Below, in pieces: positions 20,218 through 29,900 of a stretch of 64,000 nucleotides of DNA. Source of the DNA: a virus (Duplodnaviria; Caudoviricetes); IMG/VR virus record IMGVR_UViG_3300014205_000010, positions 27,321-91,320 of that record. One strand, written 5' to 3'. A program made the position numbers and the translations under genes. Below the pieces are notes generated by a model. The model ran no database searches. It saw only the letters and a program-made list of their open reading frames with translations, and had not been told where the DNA came from. Positions within the stretch are counted from its first letter, which is position 1. Every line of letters starts with the position of its first letter.

Positions 20218-21334
20218 TGTTTACGTCCTTTATAAACTTCTCGACGATATTGTCTATAGAGAATTTATTTCGAAAAAACTTTCCTTGCTCTTCTTGAGCA
20301 TATGGCCCAAAATCTAAAAGTCGTTTAATATTTGTAACTGCACCCATCGTGGTTACATATTCATTTTCTTTTGGAAAGAACCATTCTTTAGTCATTTCAG
20401 CATAACCAGCAAACTTAGGGAATATACATCTTAGTCCAAGAGAGAGTCCTTCGCCCATGCTCATAGACCACTGGCCTGGGTAATCGAAGAGTGTTAAGTG
20501 CACCCATCCCTTGGAAATGTGTGTCAAATATTCTTCATAGCTGTTGGTAACTGAATTTATTACCTTTGGATGATTTAAGATTGGGTGAGCTTTTCCACTC
20601 GGATTAGTAATGATTATCTTTAGACCTGGTACATGTAATCTATCTAAGATTCGTTCAAGGCTACTGATAGCATTAGCATATTGTGGAGCTGAAGATAGTC
20701 TGTGATTGTAGATCAACGTCGGATAGTCATTCTTAATGGCTATTTTAGCGATTGATCCTATGAGTTCAGTGTTGAGCGGAGGGTTAATAATAAGAGGCTT
20801 GGCTTGAGGAGGTTTAAGTCCATTTATAAGTCGCAATCCTCCTAGATATCTTTCATATCCAGTCTGAGAATTGAATGCAATATAATCAGCTTTCCATGCT
20901 GCTTCAATTTGTCTGAAGAAATAAGAATTTTTCAGTTCTATTACTGGATTATCTGGACTATCTATCCAGTGATTATAGGCAATAATTATTCCGTCATATA
21001 CTGACCTATATTGACCAACTCTGCATGGATCATTAGTCCATAAAATATCTGGATTTTCTTTGTTTATAACTTTCTTGACATAATTATCAACAAAGAATCT
21101 ATCCTGAACTATACCATGAAAATCTACATAATACAATACAGCATTTGGCATAGATTGATAACCGTCGCCAATACGCTGTTCATCCCATGGCATCAGAATA
21201 ACACATTCATGGCCTCTTTTAGAAAGGCCTTCTATCATGCTTTTCATGAAGATATAATTACTGTCTGATGTAATTAAAAGTTTTCCATCAATGTCTAAGC
21301 TGCTAATCTGCAGATCGAACAGAATTTTTACCAT
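20204..21334 (-). CDS. GT-B fold glycosyltransferase (putative DNA glycosyltransferase)
   Basis: GLSKRGHEC, NPDILW, IAFNS, YNHR, WSMSMGEGLSLG...P (GT4-like acidic/Gly motif). Confidence 0.7.
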   Translation of the reverse strand: MVKILFDLQISSLDIDGKLLITSDSNYIFMKSMIEGLSKRGHECVILMPWDEQRIGDGYQSMPNAVLYYVDFHGIVQDRFFVDNYVKKVINKENPDILWTNDPCRVGQYRSVYDGIIIAYNHWIDSPDNPVIELKNSYFFRQIEAAWKADYIAFNSQTGYERYLGGLRLINGLKPPQAKPLIINPPLNTELIGSIAKIAIKNDYPTLIYNHRLSSAPQYANAISSLERILDRLHVPGLKIIITNPSGKAHPILNHPKVINSVTNSYEEYLTHISKGWVHLTLFDYPGQWSMSMGEGLSLGLRCIFPKFAGYAEMTKEWFFPKENEYVTTMGAVTNIKRLLDFGPYAQEEQGKFFRNKFSIDNIVEKFIKDVNIGSI

Positions 21335-21854
21335 TAGAATTTATCCAGCCTATAATTCTATCAATTTTATCTGTAGTTGGTTTAAAAGTCATATAATCTA
21401 GGCCTTCTTCAAAACCAAGTTTTTTCAACATTGTATTATACTCTGTTATGATAGGTATAATATATTCTGTTGGTTTATCCTCTGCTCTCCATCTTTCAAC
21501 TATAGTTTCTATTTCTTCTATAACCAGAATGAGCTTAATAACATCCTTGTTCTGTCTCATTTGTTTTTCATACCAAGGAAAATCACAAGCTCGGCCAAAT
21601 ACCTTGGCATAAACTAATTCACTGAATGAAAACCTATCTAGAATAAAATCTTTATATGCATTTACTTCTCTGGCAAGTTTAATTATTTTTTCACAGTCTT
21701 CTTTGCCTCTTCGAAATTCTCTTATAGTTTCCCATCCATTTTCTGAAGGCCTTGGGACTGTTAATACTTTAAAATTATATGGATCACCAGAAAGTGTTGT
21801 CAGAAGTGTAGTTTTGCCTACGCGATCTATTCCTTCAAGTACAAATGCGGTCAT
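21303..21854 (-). CDS. dNMP kinase (thymidylate kinase-like)
   Basis: P-loop LEGIDRVGKTT; ILDRFSFSELVY. Confidence 0.85.
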   Translation of the reverse strand: MTAFVLEGIDRVGKTTLLTTLSGDPYNFKVLTVPRPSENGWETIREFRRGKEDCEKIIKLAREVNAYKDFILDRFSFSELVYAKVFGRACDFPWYEKQMRQNKDVIKLILVIEEIETIVERWRAEDKPTEYIIPIITEYNTMLKKLGFEEGLDYMTFKPTTDKIDRIIGWINSNGKNSVRSAD

Positions 21855-22951
21855 AGAAAAGTTGCTCTCCTAGAAGATAATTGTTCTGCCTCAGCATTCA
21901 TTTTATAGTATCTGGATGGTCCACTACTACACATTCTACATATCTCGTTTTGATCATTAATATGTTCAGCAGCTATTCTTTCAATGTTTTCTTTTGTCAT
22001 TATCCGTAACAACGGAGTATCATATATATTTCCGTATGAGTACTTCATATCTCGCTGATCGAAAGGAAGATTATCTCCGACGAGATAGCAACAAGGAAAT
22101 ACTGAACCATCAGTATCTATAAAAGCATGCAGATATGGAATAACACAGTTTTTTGGGTCTACTGGAGATACTTTGTCTCCATTTGTTATAATTTGGCGTA
22201 CGTTAGTATATCTGTCTATCCAATCACTAAAATCTGAGGTATTACCAAATAAATTTGCCAGGTCATAGCGAAGTTTAAGTACCTGTTGTTCTGTAACTAC
22301 GTTATAGTCATGAACAAAATACCCATAAATTGGTATCTGATTATCATAGCATTTTTTTACCATAAGCGGAAATTCTTCTATGTTTTCTGACTGTATGGTG
22401 TACTGAACTCTAACCTTATCTAAACCAGCTTCGCTATAGAGTCGCACGAATTCATTCTTAACAAAAGCTGCATTTACAAAAGCAGTTTCATATGAATTTG
22501 GGTGTGAACCTCTAATTTTTGCCCAAGTTTGTGGTGTAGCTCCGTCTATAGAAAACCTGATAAATCCGAATTTAGTCAAATCCAGATCAACATATCTATT
22601 GGTAGAATTATCAAGACCAGTAGTAAACATCCCAAGTTTTATCTCTGGTTTAATGTGATCAATGAGAGCTTTGAGATGAACATAATTCATTGGGTCTCCA
22701 CCAGATAAAACAATAGTTTCAAGATCTGGTAGGCTATTAAGCTCTCTTACGGCTAATTCAACTTGAATGACATTTTTGCTACCGGCTTGAATAGCTGCCC
22801 ATTCTGGTTTATGACACATAATACATTTTTGTGGGCATGTATTCGTGACATTAAGCTGAACTGAAACAAGGTGTGGTTCTTGTCTTTTTATCCATGATTC
22901 ATACATAGTAACATATTGCGGCATTATTCTATTATAACCACCTATATACAA
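21851..22951 (-). CDS. Radical SAM enzyme with SPASM/Twitch domain
   Basis: CPQKCIMC, SGGDP, FSIDG, C..PY...IDTDGSVFPCC...GNI...CRMC. Confidence 0.9.
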   Translation of the reverse strand: MYIGGYNRIMPQYVTMYESWIKRQEPHLVSVQLNVTNTCPQKCIMCHKPEWAAIQAGSKNVIQVELAVRELNSLPDLETIVLSGGDPMNYVHLKALIDHIKPEIKLGMFTTGLDNSTNRYVDLDLTKFGFIRFSIDGATPQTWAKIRGSHPNSYETAFVNAAFVKNEFVRLYSEAGLDKVRVQYTIQSENIEEFPLMVKKCYDNQIPIYGYFVHDYNVVTEQQVLKLRYDLANLFGNTSDFSDWIDRYTNVRQIITNGDKVSPVDPKNCVIPYLHAFIDTDGSVFPCCYLVGDNLPFDQRDMKYSYGNIYDTPLLRIMTKENIERIAAEHINDQNEICRMCSSGPSRYYKMNAEAEQLSSRRATFL

Positions 22952-22960
22952 GATGTAAAT

Positions 22961-23641
22961 TTATATTCTTGAAGAAATTGTATTCATGATGGCTTTATAA
23001 GCTCTTTCGTTTTCAGTTACGAATTCTAATTTCTTCATAGCAGCTATAGTTCTATCAGTATGTCTGTATCTTTCATATGCTGGATGATACATTGTCATGT
23101 ATAATCCACTATAATATTCTCTTGACATGTATAGAATTTTGTTTCTAATTCTGTCTGTTGTTATAAATGGATCTTTTTGGTGTGTTTGATCAAAAAACCA
23201 TGAATGCGCCAAATTTCCCAGGGATAAAATCGCCCAGGGATCTATTAGTCTGATTTGATCTTCAAGCCACTCCCTGCAATTATATACTTCTTCATGGGTA
23301 GGCAATGAGTTATCTGGAGTTCTACACTTTATGATATTTGTTAGTGCCCAGACAGTATCCTCTGAAAACCCTTGCTTTAACCACTCGCCAATAGGGGCCT
23401 CCATGAGACCCCTTGCATATCCTTGCTGGAACCTGCGCCACTGTTCTTCTTCTGCGTATGAATTGTCATCCCAACCAGAAGCTCTTTTACTTAACTGTCC
23501 TGGATTTTGTGCAACAACCAAAATCTTGGCATCTTTTGGAAAAAACCCAGGCATGCTAGCGAATTGAAACCTAGGACAAGTCCTACATTTCCATATTCGC
23601 TGATTTAACTCTTTCAACGGCGATTGGGTTACCTTCGGCAA
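22961..23641 (-). CDS. Uracil-DNA-glycosylase superfamily protein (family 4/5-like, Fe-S)
   Basis: CRTC, VAQNPG, TNIIKCRTPDN...C, YHPAY. Confidence 0.8.
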   Translation of the reverse strand: MPKVTQSPLKELNQRIWKCRTCPRFQFASMPGFFPKDAKILVVAQNPGQLSKRASGWDDNSYAEEEQWRRFQQGYARGLMEAPIGEWLKQGFSEDTVWALTNIIKCRTPDNSLPTHEEVYNCREWLEDQIRLIDPWAILSLGNLAHSWFFDQTHQKDPFITTDRIRNKILYMSREYYSGLYMTMYHPAYERYRHTDRTIAAMKKLEFVTENERAYKAIMNTISSRI

Positions 23642-23972
23642 CTTGTCTATCCCAGTTCATTCTAATTTTGGTGAGAATCCACTCTGTAGCTTCATCAGCT
23701 TCTATTCCAAGGATGAGAAGCATGTTAACAGAGAAGATGAAGCAATCAACGGCTTCCTCGATTTGTTTGTCTCGATTGTGAGGCCGCGCTCTCTTGGACA
23801 CTTTCCAATTGAATTCATCTCTATACTCGAATGCTTCTCTTGCTAGGCCCGTAGAAAGATAATCTGCGATCTTGTCGAGATATTGAGGATCCTCGCTGAC
23901 TTTTTTGAAGTCAACGAAGAGAGCCTCAAATTCTTTCTGGACCTTGAAGATTTCTCCAAGGCCTTCAGCCAT
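23583..23972 (-). CDS. All-alpha dimeric dUTPase/dCTPase (MazG-like)
   Basis: REAFEY..E.NWK...EEAVDCFIF. Confidence 0.8.
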   Translation of the reverse strand: MAEGLGEIFKVQKEFEALFVDFKKVSEDPQYLDKIADYLSTGLAREAFEYRDEFNWKVSKRARPHNRDKQIEEAVDCFIFSVNMLLILGIEADEATEWILTKIRMNWDRQVAEGNPIAVERVKSANMEM

Positions 23973-24853
23973 TAATCATCGTCCTCGAGATCGAAGTCTT
24001 CATCGTCTTCGTCCTCGTCTTCTTCATCTTCATCATCCTCAGATTCTTCATCATCCTCGTCCTCATCCTCAGCCTCCTCATCCTCATCATCATCTTCTTC
24101 ATCTTCCTCGTCTTCTTCTTCGTCCTCTTCTTCATCTTCTTCAGGAGGAGGCGCAGCCTTCTTAGATGGCCGCTTCTTTTCACGAATTGGAGCTACTTCA
24201 GGTTCTTCATCATCTTCTTCATCATCTTCAGGTTCTTCTACTGGAGCAGCTCTTCGCTTAGGTGGAGTTTCTTTTGCTACGGTTTTAACTTTTCTAGTAA
24301 CAGCGGTCTCATCAGTAAGACGCCTTCTAGGTTCTTTCTTTTTTGGCTCAGGCGCAGAAAACAACTCTACAAGATCATATTTTTCCTTGTATAGCTTCAG
24401 ATCAACTGCATCCATTTTCTTAACAGCTCTAGGAGTGAACTGATATCTAGTGCCTTGCCCTTCACCAGTCTTTTTAACTCTATAATCTCGATCATGAATG
24501 TTTCCATATTCATCGACGAATTCAAGAATGCTTTGTGCATGACTTGCTGCGATGGAGAATACCTTGCAAATACCATCAGCTCTGTCAATTACATTAAATG
24601 CATAATATTCACCTGGTCGATTTTCAGCCTCGCAAAATTCGCACTGACCATCCAATTCTTCAGTATCATCTTGACAGAGTCTATACTTCTTGTCAATATA
24701 ATGTTGCCTGAAGAAAACAACATCATCTTCAGTCCTAACAAGAAAACGTACAACTACGATCTTGTTGGCTTCAACCTTAAGGTACTTGGCCGATGGGCCT
24801 CGTTCTGCTCTCGTTCTGAGAGCCGTCCATCCCTTACTTGCCATTATATCCAA
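23972..24853 (-). CDS. Single-stranded DNA-binding protein with very long acidic tail
   Basis: VRFL, H..C..CEFC, YAFNVIDR, RDYRVKKTGEGQGTRY; about 55-residue D/E tail. Confidence 0.75.
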   Translation of the reverse strand: MDIMASKGWTALRTRAERGPSAKYLKVEANKIVVVRFLVRTEDDVVFFRQHYIDKKYRLCQDDTEELDGQCEFCEAENRPGEYYAFNVIDRADGICKVFSIAASHAQSILEFVDEYGNIHDRDYRVKKTGEGQGTRYQFTPRAVKKMDAVDLKLYKEKYDLVELFSAPEPKKKEPRRRLTDETAVTRKVKTVAKETPPKRRAAPVEEPEDDEEDDEEPEVAPIREKKRPSKKAAPPPEEDEEEDEEEDEEDEEDDDEDEEAEDEDEDDEESEDDEDEEDEDEDDEDFDLEDDD

Positions 24854-25074
24854 AACCTCGCATTTTTACTAAGTATGTTTACAAGCCTCTCTCGAACTTG
24901 AGGACTCATTCGATCTTCATGTACATCAAGAAGCCATTGTAAATAATCTGTATCGTCTTCAGCTATTTCCTTAAACGATCGCCCATCATATTTTCCGAAA
25001 TGTACTACTACATCATTTCCTTCTTTCAAGCCAAAACGCTGATTTTTTCTTAATCTGTCAAAAGCGCTAGACAA
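24844..25074 (-). CDS. Small FGKYxG-motif protein (DUF3820 / exodeoxyribonuclease X C-terminal-like)
   Basis: FGKYDGRSFKEIAEDDTDYLQWL. Confidence 0.65.
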   Translation of the reverse strand: MSSAFDRLRKNQRFGLKEGNDVVVHFGKYDGRSFKEIAEDDTDYLQWLLDVHEDRMSPQVRERLVNILSKNARFWI

Positions 25075-26014
25075 AACAGAGTTTCTTACTTTTAAGAATT
25101 GGAACCCATATTTCTGCTATTTTACTTGTAAACAAAATGTTTTGAATCTCCTCTTTAGTGAGATTGTCTATATCTTCGTACGAAATTGTCGGGATGTAAA
25201 CCTTTGAATTTATTCTTTTCCAAGCTGCGATATTAGACTTCGGTTTATTTAAAGGTCCAAACATTCCATAAGTTCCAGCATCGTCATCATCAAAAAGCAT
25301 GAAAACTTTTTTGAATGAACTTAAAAACTGAGCTTGCTTTATACTAACAACACTGCCCATAGTAGATACGCAAGGTATACCTAAACTATAGAGCCGTATA
25401 GCAGCAATAAGGCCTTCAACGACTACTACTTCATCTGTAGTATCCATTAAGTGAAGCCCAAAAATATGCTGTTTCTTAGAGAATGGCTGTATGAATTTAT
25501 ACTTATCTTCATCTACTGATTTAAGTATAGTTCTACCTTGAACTCCAACTAGTTTACCTGTATGATCTCTAATTGGTATAGTTACTCTAGCTGAAGAAGA
25601 ATCATATCCAAGTTCAAATTTTTTTCTAATTTTAGGCCCTATTCCTCTTGTTCTCCAGTATGGATGATCAACTTGGTATTGATTTAATACTGAATCACTA
25701 TATATTTTGTCAAACTGTGTCTCTGTATACTTTGATATTTCCTTGAACAGACTTGCTGGTTTGTAGAAACCTCCGTAACGATTCCTCAGCCATAATTCTG
25801 CTTGTTTGTATTCCCAGCTTTCTATTAAGGAAACAAAGTCTATCGAGTTTCCACCGATCTTGCATCTGAAGCATGTCCAGAGGCTGTTGTGTATGTTGAA
25901 ATTTGCTGAAGGGTCTCTGTCGTTGTGAAATGGGCAACGGAACGCGAACTCACTTCCTCTGATTATACCTTCTATATTATAGTAAGAAAGCAAATCTAGT
26001 ACGTCGACTCTCAT
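25067..26014 (-). CDS. dnaG: DNA primase (CHC2 zinc finger + Toprim)
   Basis: CPFHNDRDPS...CFRC; RVTIPI; VVEG; FDDDDAG. Confidence 0.9.
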   Translation of the reverse strand: MRVDVLDLLSYYNIEGIIRGSEFAFRCPFHNDRDPSANFNIHNSLWTCFRCKIGGNSIDFVSLIESWEYKQAELWLRNRYGGFYKPASLFKEISKYTETQFDKIYSDSVLNQYQVDHPYWRTRGIGPKIRKKFELGYDSSSARVTIPIRDHTGKLVGVQGRTILKSVDEDKYKFIQPFSKKQHIFGLHLMDTTDEVVVVEGLIAAIRLYSLGIPCVSTMGSVVSIKQAQFLSSFKKVFMLFDDDDAGTYGMFGPLNKPKSNIAAWKRINSKVYIPTISYEDIDNLTKEEIQNILFTSKIAEIWVPILKSKKLCFV

Positions 26015-27297
26015 TCCTCATCCTCGAACAAGCCAAGAGTCTTTACTTCTTTTTCTGTTAATTCTCTTATCTCAATTCTACCTCCTAGATTCCATTTACA
26101 GATTATATCTTCGCCTTTAATACCATCTCTATTTTTTGCTAGTCTAACAGATGCCACGCCTCGTTCAAGCATTTTTACGTCTTGAAACACACCAACAACT
26201 ATATCGGATAACTGGCCAATAGCATCTGCAAATGAAATATTTTCAGAATTTACGCCTTCTTTCGCTGAAGCTCTATTACTTTGAACTACTCCGCAAAATG
26301 GGATGTTTGTATATAAAGCCATTTGCTTTATTTCATCCATTACTTGGGTAATTTTTTGCCAATCAACAGAATATGTATTACCCATTCTCAATAGGTGAAC
26401 ACCATCTATAAGTACAATGTCTGGCTTAATTCTTTCCACGTAACTGAGAATAGTGTCTGGACCCATTCTTCTAAGTCCAGATATTACAATATGCTCATTG
26501 TCATAATCTTCCGCAAACCTTTTGGCGTTTTCTCTCCACCTAGCTATTTCAGATTTAGACATTGATAAAGTTTTCAAGTCATCATAATTCAAGCCACCAA
26601 GCATTGAATCGAATCTGCGCTCAAATAGCTCCTTGGATTCTTCAAGTGAAAAGGTTAATACGTTTTTTCTATCCAAGAAATTTGTCATGGCGATATGCTT
26701 CAATAGATTAGACTTTCCAGTGCCTAATCTTGCAGCTATATTTACAAAATCTCCGTCTTTCATTCCCATCGTGCGTTTATCTAGTGTAGGTAAACCAAAT
26801 CTTAGGCCCATGGGACTTATTCCTCTTACAACCAAGTCCTCGTATTTATCAATACGTTTGCCCATGTCTCTGACTTTTACCATATCTCCGGTAGATGCAA
26901 TTCCAGCCATTTGCATTCCAGCTCTAATGAACTCATCATATACTGATGGATCATCTTCGTCTACGAGCTGAGCAATTTTTCGCACGCTTTCAACAACATG
27001 CTTATATCTGACATTCTGCATGACTTCTTCACAGATGTCTAAAAATGGTTCAGTTTCTTGATTTACCTTGAGTAGTCTTAAATCTGGGAATTGTCTCTTG
27101 AATCGTTCTTTTGTCGGAACAACTCTAAATTTTGAATAAAATCTGAATATCCAGCTAAAAGCTTTTTTGCTTTCAACATCGAAAAATATTGACTCAGAAA
27201 TACCAATTTCTAGTGGTGTTGTTATATCTGAGTTTTGTAAAATAGCCGAAATAAGTTTTCTTTCTGAGCTCATCTTACAGATCAAACTCGCCTTCAT
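26011..27297 (-). CDS. dnaB: Replicative helicase
   Basis: ARLGTGKS, FSLE, IDGVHL, QSNR, D.I.Q.SD, KNRDG. Confidence 0.9.
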   Translation of the reverse strand: MKASLICKMSSERKLISAILQNSDITTPLEIGISESIFFDVESKKAFSWIFRFYSKFRVVPTKERFKRQFPDLRLLKVNQETEPFLDICEEVMQNVRYKHVVESVRKIAQLVDEDDPSVYDEFIRAGMQMAGIASTGDMVKVRDMGKRIDKYEDLVVRGISPMGLRFGLPTLDKRTMGMKDGDFVNIAARLGTGKSNLLKHIAMTNFLDRKNVLTFSLEESKELFERRFDSMLGGLNYDDLKTLSMSKSEIARWRENAKRFAEDYDNEHIVISGLRRMGPDTILSYVERIKPDIVLIDGVHLLRMGNTYSVDWQKITQVMDEIKQMALYTNIPFCGVVQSNRASAKEGVNSENISFADAIGQLSDIVVGVFQDVKMLERGVASVRLAKNRDGIKGEDIICKWNLGGRIEIRELTEKEVKTLGLFEDEE

Positions 27298-27475
27298 TAA
27301 AGGCTTTTTTCAGGCCGTCTCTAGCGCTACTGCAGTACTTAGCTAGAACATTGTGACACTCTGTTAAACCACGTTTCTTATCTTCAAATTCTTCCTCAAC
27401 TGATGCTTGAATTTCTATGAAAGAATAATCAGCTATCTTATAATGTTCTGTTCTTGTTATTTTAATCACAGGCAT
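27275..27475 (-). CDS. Hypothetical protein
   Basis: ORF in operon with an AAGGA RBS. Confidence 0.55.
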   Translation of the reverse strand: MPVIKITRTEHYKIADYSFIEIQASVEEEFEDKKRGLTECHNVLAKYCSSARDGLKKAFNEGEFDL

Positions 27476-27478
27476 TGA

Positions 27479-27742
27479 TTAATCCTTTGCAAAAGAGGCT
27501 AAGCTTGCATTACGGTTTGATATTCTTTCAGCTTTTATTTGAGCAAGTCTAAAAGACTGTTTCGGATCAAAATATCTGTGATTATCAATTCTAATCACAA
27601 TTATTTTGTATGTACCGAATAAGCCTAATCTTTCATATCCACGAATCGCACTCTGACTAACATGTGCAAGTCTTGACATTTCTCTAATAGAAACCCATCT
27701 TTTTCCGCTAGTGTCAGTGTACTCTAAAGATCTTCTAGCCAT
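27479..27742 (-). CDS. MerR-like HTH DNA-binding protein
   Basis: SIREMSRLAHVSQSAIRGYERLGL...HRYF. Confidence 0.75.
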   Translation of the reverse strand: MARRSLEYTDTSGKRWVSIREMSRLAHVSQSAIRGYERLGLFGTYKIIVIRIDNHRYFDPKQSFRLAQIKAERISNRNASLASFAKD

Positions 27743-27807
27743 TTATCATCTCGAAAGTGTGGTATTGCAATACTAAACTAAAATAGTCTTGTTGTAAAAT
27801 TCTTGAG

Positions 27808-29166
27808 CTATTTAATTTTCCACCTATTAGATCTGTATTTAGCTCTCCTGTTATTAAATTGTTTTGACAAAGTATTTTGTTGCCAATCCCAGTAATCATA
27901 TACAATAGCATCTTTTTTGTTCGGATGAGGTCTTCTAATACGACCTATCTGTTGCATATTTCTATTTGGATTTGAAGTCGGAAATGTAAGGTGTAGTCTA
28001 TCCAATATAGGTATATCTAGGCCTTCATCTGCGAGAGATGTAGCAAATAATACATGAATTTTTCCATTTGCTACTCTCTCAAATATTTCTTGCCTGTCTT
28101 TAATCGGCACAGACCCAATAACCATTTCTGATTTAATTCCAATCTTATCCAACAGCATTTTTAGATAATCTAAATGAGCTATTCTGTCAGATAATACTAA
28201 ATGATATCTTTCAGGTTCCATAGCTATCATGGTAGTTATCAGTTTATTTCTATTATCATCTATTACTAGAGCAGGCATTAATTTTGTAAAATCTTTTCTA
28301 GTAAAAGTTGGAAAACCAACAAAACTAGTTCTCACAGCAATGATAGTTGGATCAATAACTGCTCCATTTGATGTTCCTTCTGACATAACATGTCTCACTG
28401 GACCAATAGCCAAAAACATAAGCTTTTGAAGCTGATCTTTTCTAACTGTAGTAGCAGTACAACCATAAATATGGTGAGCTCTAATCCTGCATATATTACT
28501 AAGCCAAGTATACGCCGGAACATGGTGGCACTCATCAATCATTAAGACAGAAAACCTGTCTTTTATTTTTTCTATTCTGTCTGGATTAGCATGAAGAGTA
28601 GGAATCATAGCGATGGTAATATTTTTGACCTTGAATTTTCCTTCTCCTATTATACCAGGTTCATAACCTAGATATTTTTTAATTCTTTCTCGCCACTGCT
28701 TCAGTAAATGGTTTCTATGAACGAGAATTAATGTTGGAAGACTAAGCTTCTGCATTAATTGTATCATGATATTTGTTTTGCCAGATGCTGTTGGAGCTGA
28801 TAATATTCCTTCTGTGTATTCGAACATTGTTTCAACAGCTTCTAGCTGATAATCTCTATGCTCCATGTATTCTTTATATGTCAGGTCTATTTTTTCGTGA
28901 AGAATTGTATCCCACTCTATTTCAACTGATGGCAGTATGTCCATCAGCGTATACAAAAAGCCCCTAGGTATGTATATATATTTACCTACGATATCATAGA
29001 CCTCATACTCTGCAACTTCATCAGCTCTGTTATAGCCTTGTATTGCCAAATTATCTTCATAGCTTTTATTCTTTACAGTACAGCCGTAAATAATCTCATC
29101 TAACTGGTCTTGGCTTAGATCAGAAATCTTGATTTTTATCTGGCTTGATATGAAGAGCAGAGTCAT
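27808..29166 (-). CDS. Superfamily 2 helicase (UvsW/XPB-like)
   Basis: RDYQ, APTASGKT, DECHH, GCTAT, EGLDIP, QQIGRIRR. Confidence 0.9.
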   Translation of the reverse strand: MTLLFISSQIKIKISDLSQDQLDEIIYGCTVKNKSYEDNLAIQGYNRADEVAEYEVYDIVGKYIYIPRGFLYTLMDILPSVEIEWDTILHEKIDLTYKEYMEHRDYQLEAVETMFEYTEGILSAPTASGKTNIMIQLMQKLSLPTLILVHRNHLLKQWRERIKKYLGYEPGIIGEGKFKVKNITIAMIPTLHANPDRIEKIKDRFSVLMIDECHHVPAYTWLSNICRIRAHHIYGCTATTVRKDQLQKLMFLAIGPVRHVMSEGTSNGAVIDPTIIAVRTSFVGFPTFTRKDFTKLMPALVIDDNRNKLITTMIAMEPERYHLVLSDRIAHLDYLKMLLDKIGIKSEMVIGSVPIKDRQEIFERVANGKIHVLFATSLADEGLDIPILDRLHLTFPTSNPNRNMQQIGRIRRPHPNKKDAIVYDYWDWQQNTLSKQFNNRRAKYRSNRWKIK

Positions 29167-29167
29167 T

Positions 29168-29434
29168 TTACTCTAGTGCCTTTAAAACTTCGCAGTCTTG
29201 GTTTTGAGCGATTGCTTTTCTGTGACAATCAACAACATATAGCGAATCGCTTCTTGCATCTTTTTTATCTACATGGCCTTTTCTCGATGAAACTAAATAT
29301 GAATCTCCTAAATTTTTTCCTCCATGAAGAGTTATCCATTTTCCTTCATGATACTTGAAAGTAATTTTTTCTGAACATCCAGATATACATTCACCAATAA
29401 TAGGGGCAGGTTCTTTATTTTTCATAGTACCCAC
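29168..29434 (-). CDS. Hypothetical protein
   Basis: ORF in operon. Confidence 0.45.
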   Translation of the reverse strand: MGTMKNKEPAPIIGECISGCSEKITFKYHEGKWITLHGGKNLGDSYLVSSRKGHVDKKDARSDSLYVVDCHRKAIAQNQDCEVLKALE

Positions 29435-29868
29435 ATGCTTCGGGTGAAAGTTTTGCTTCGAGTTTTTCGAATAATAGCAGCTGTGTCAGAATCAATTTGA
29501 CCACTTTCAATCAATTCGTCAAGGGCTTTAGCATCGTATTTTACTGTTCCGTTTTCTCCGCCTCTCCACTGAATCCTACCTTCTGGAAAATCAAATTCAG
29601 TATCATACTCAAGAGACATTTTCTTTACATATTCTCTGTCTTTTTCTACCTGTTTTTCCATTGATTTCAGGCCCTGATACTCAATAAGTTCAGAACAATG
29701 AGGGCATGGAGCTTCGTAACCTCCATTCAGACTTTTTATCCTCTTAATTGCATTTCTGATCTCCCTTCTTTCTGCGATATTAATTTTTCTCGCGACCCTG
29801 GTTTTCATGCTTGTCATTTTATTTTGCCTTAGTTCTTCAGTTTTTGGGAGATTCTTACTAGAAACCAC
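29422..29868 (-). CDS. Hypothetical protein with CxxC
   Basis: GAGG RBS before GTG; basic N-terminus. Confidence 0.6.
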   Translation of the reverse strand: MVSSKNLPKTEELRQNKMTSMKTRVARKINIAERREIRNAIKRIKSLNGGYEAPCPHCSELIEYQGLKSMEKQVEKDREYVKKMSLEYDTEFDFPEGRIQWRGGENGTVKYDAKALDELIESGQIDSDTAAIIRKTRSKTFTRSMWVL

Positions 29869-29900
29869 GTTTTTAGATACCTCTTTCTGAAAACCTTTTT

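Noticed and set aside
15019-27297. Inteins or introns in RecA, DnaE, DnaB or primase
   Set aside because: Lengths are normal or short and no splicing motifs are seen; RecA has only small loop insertions.
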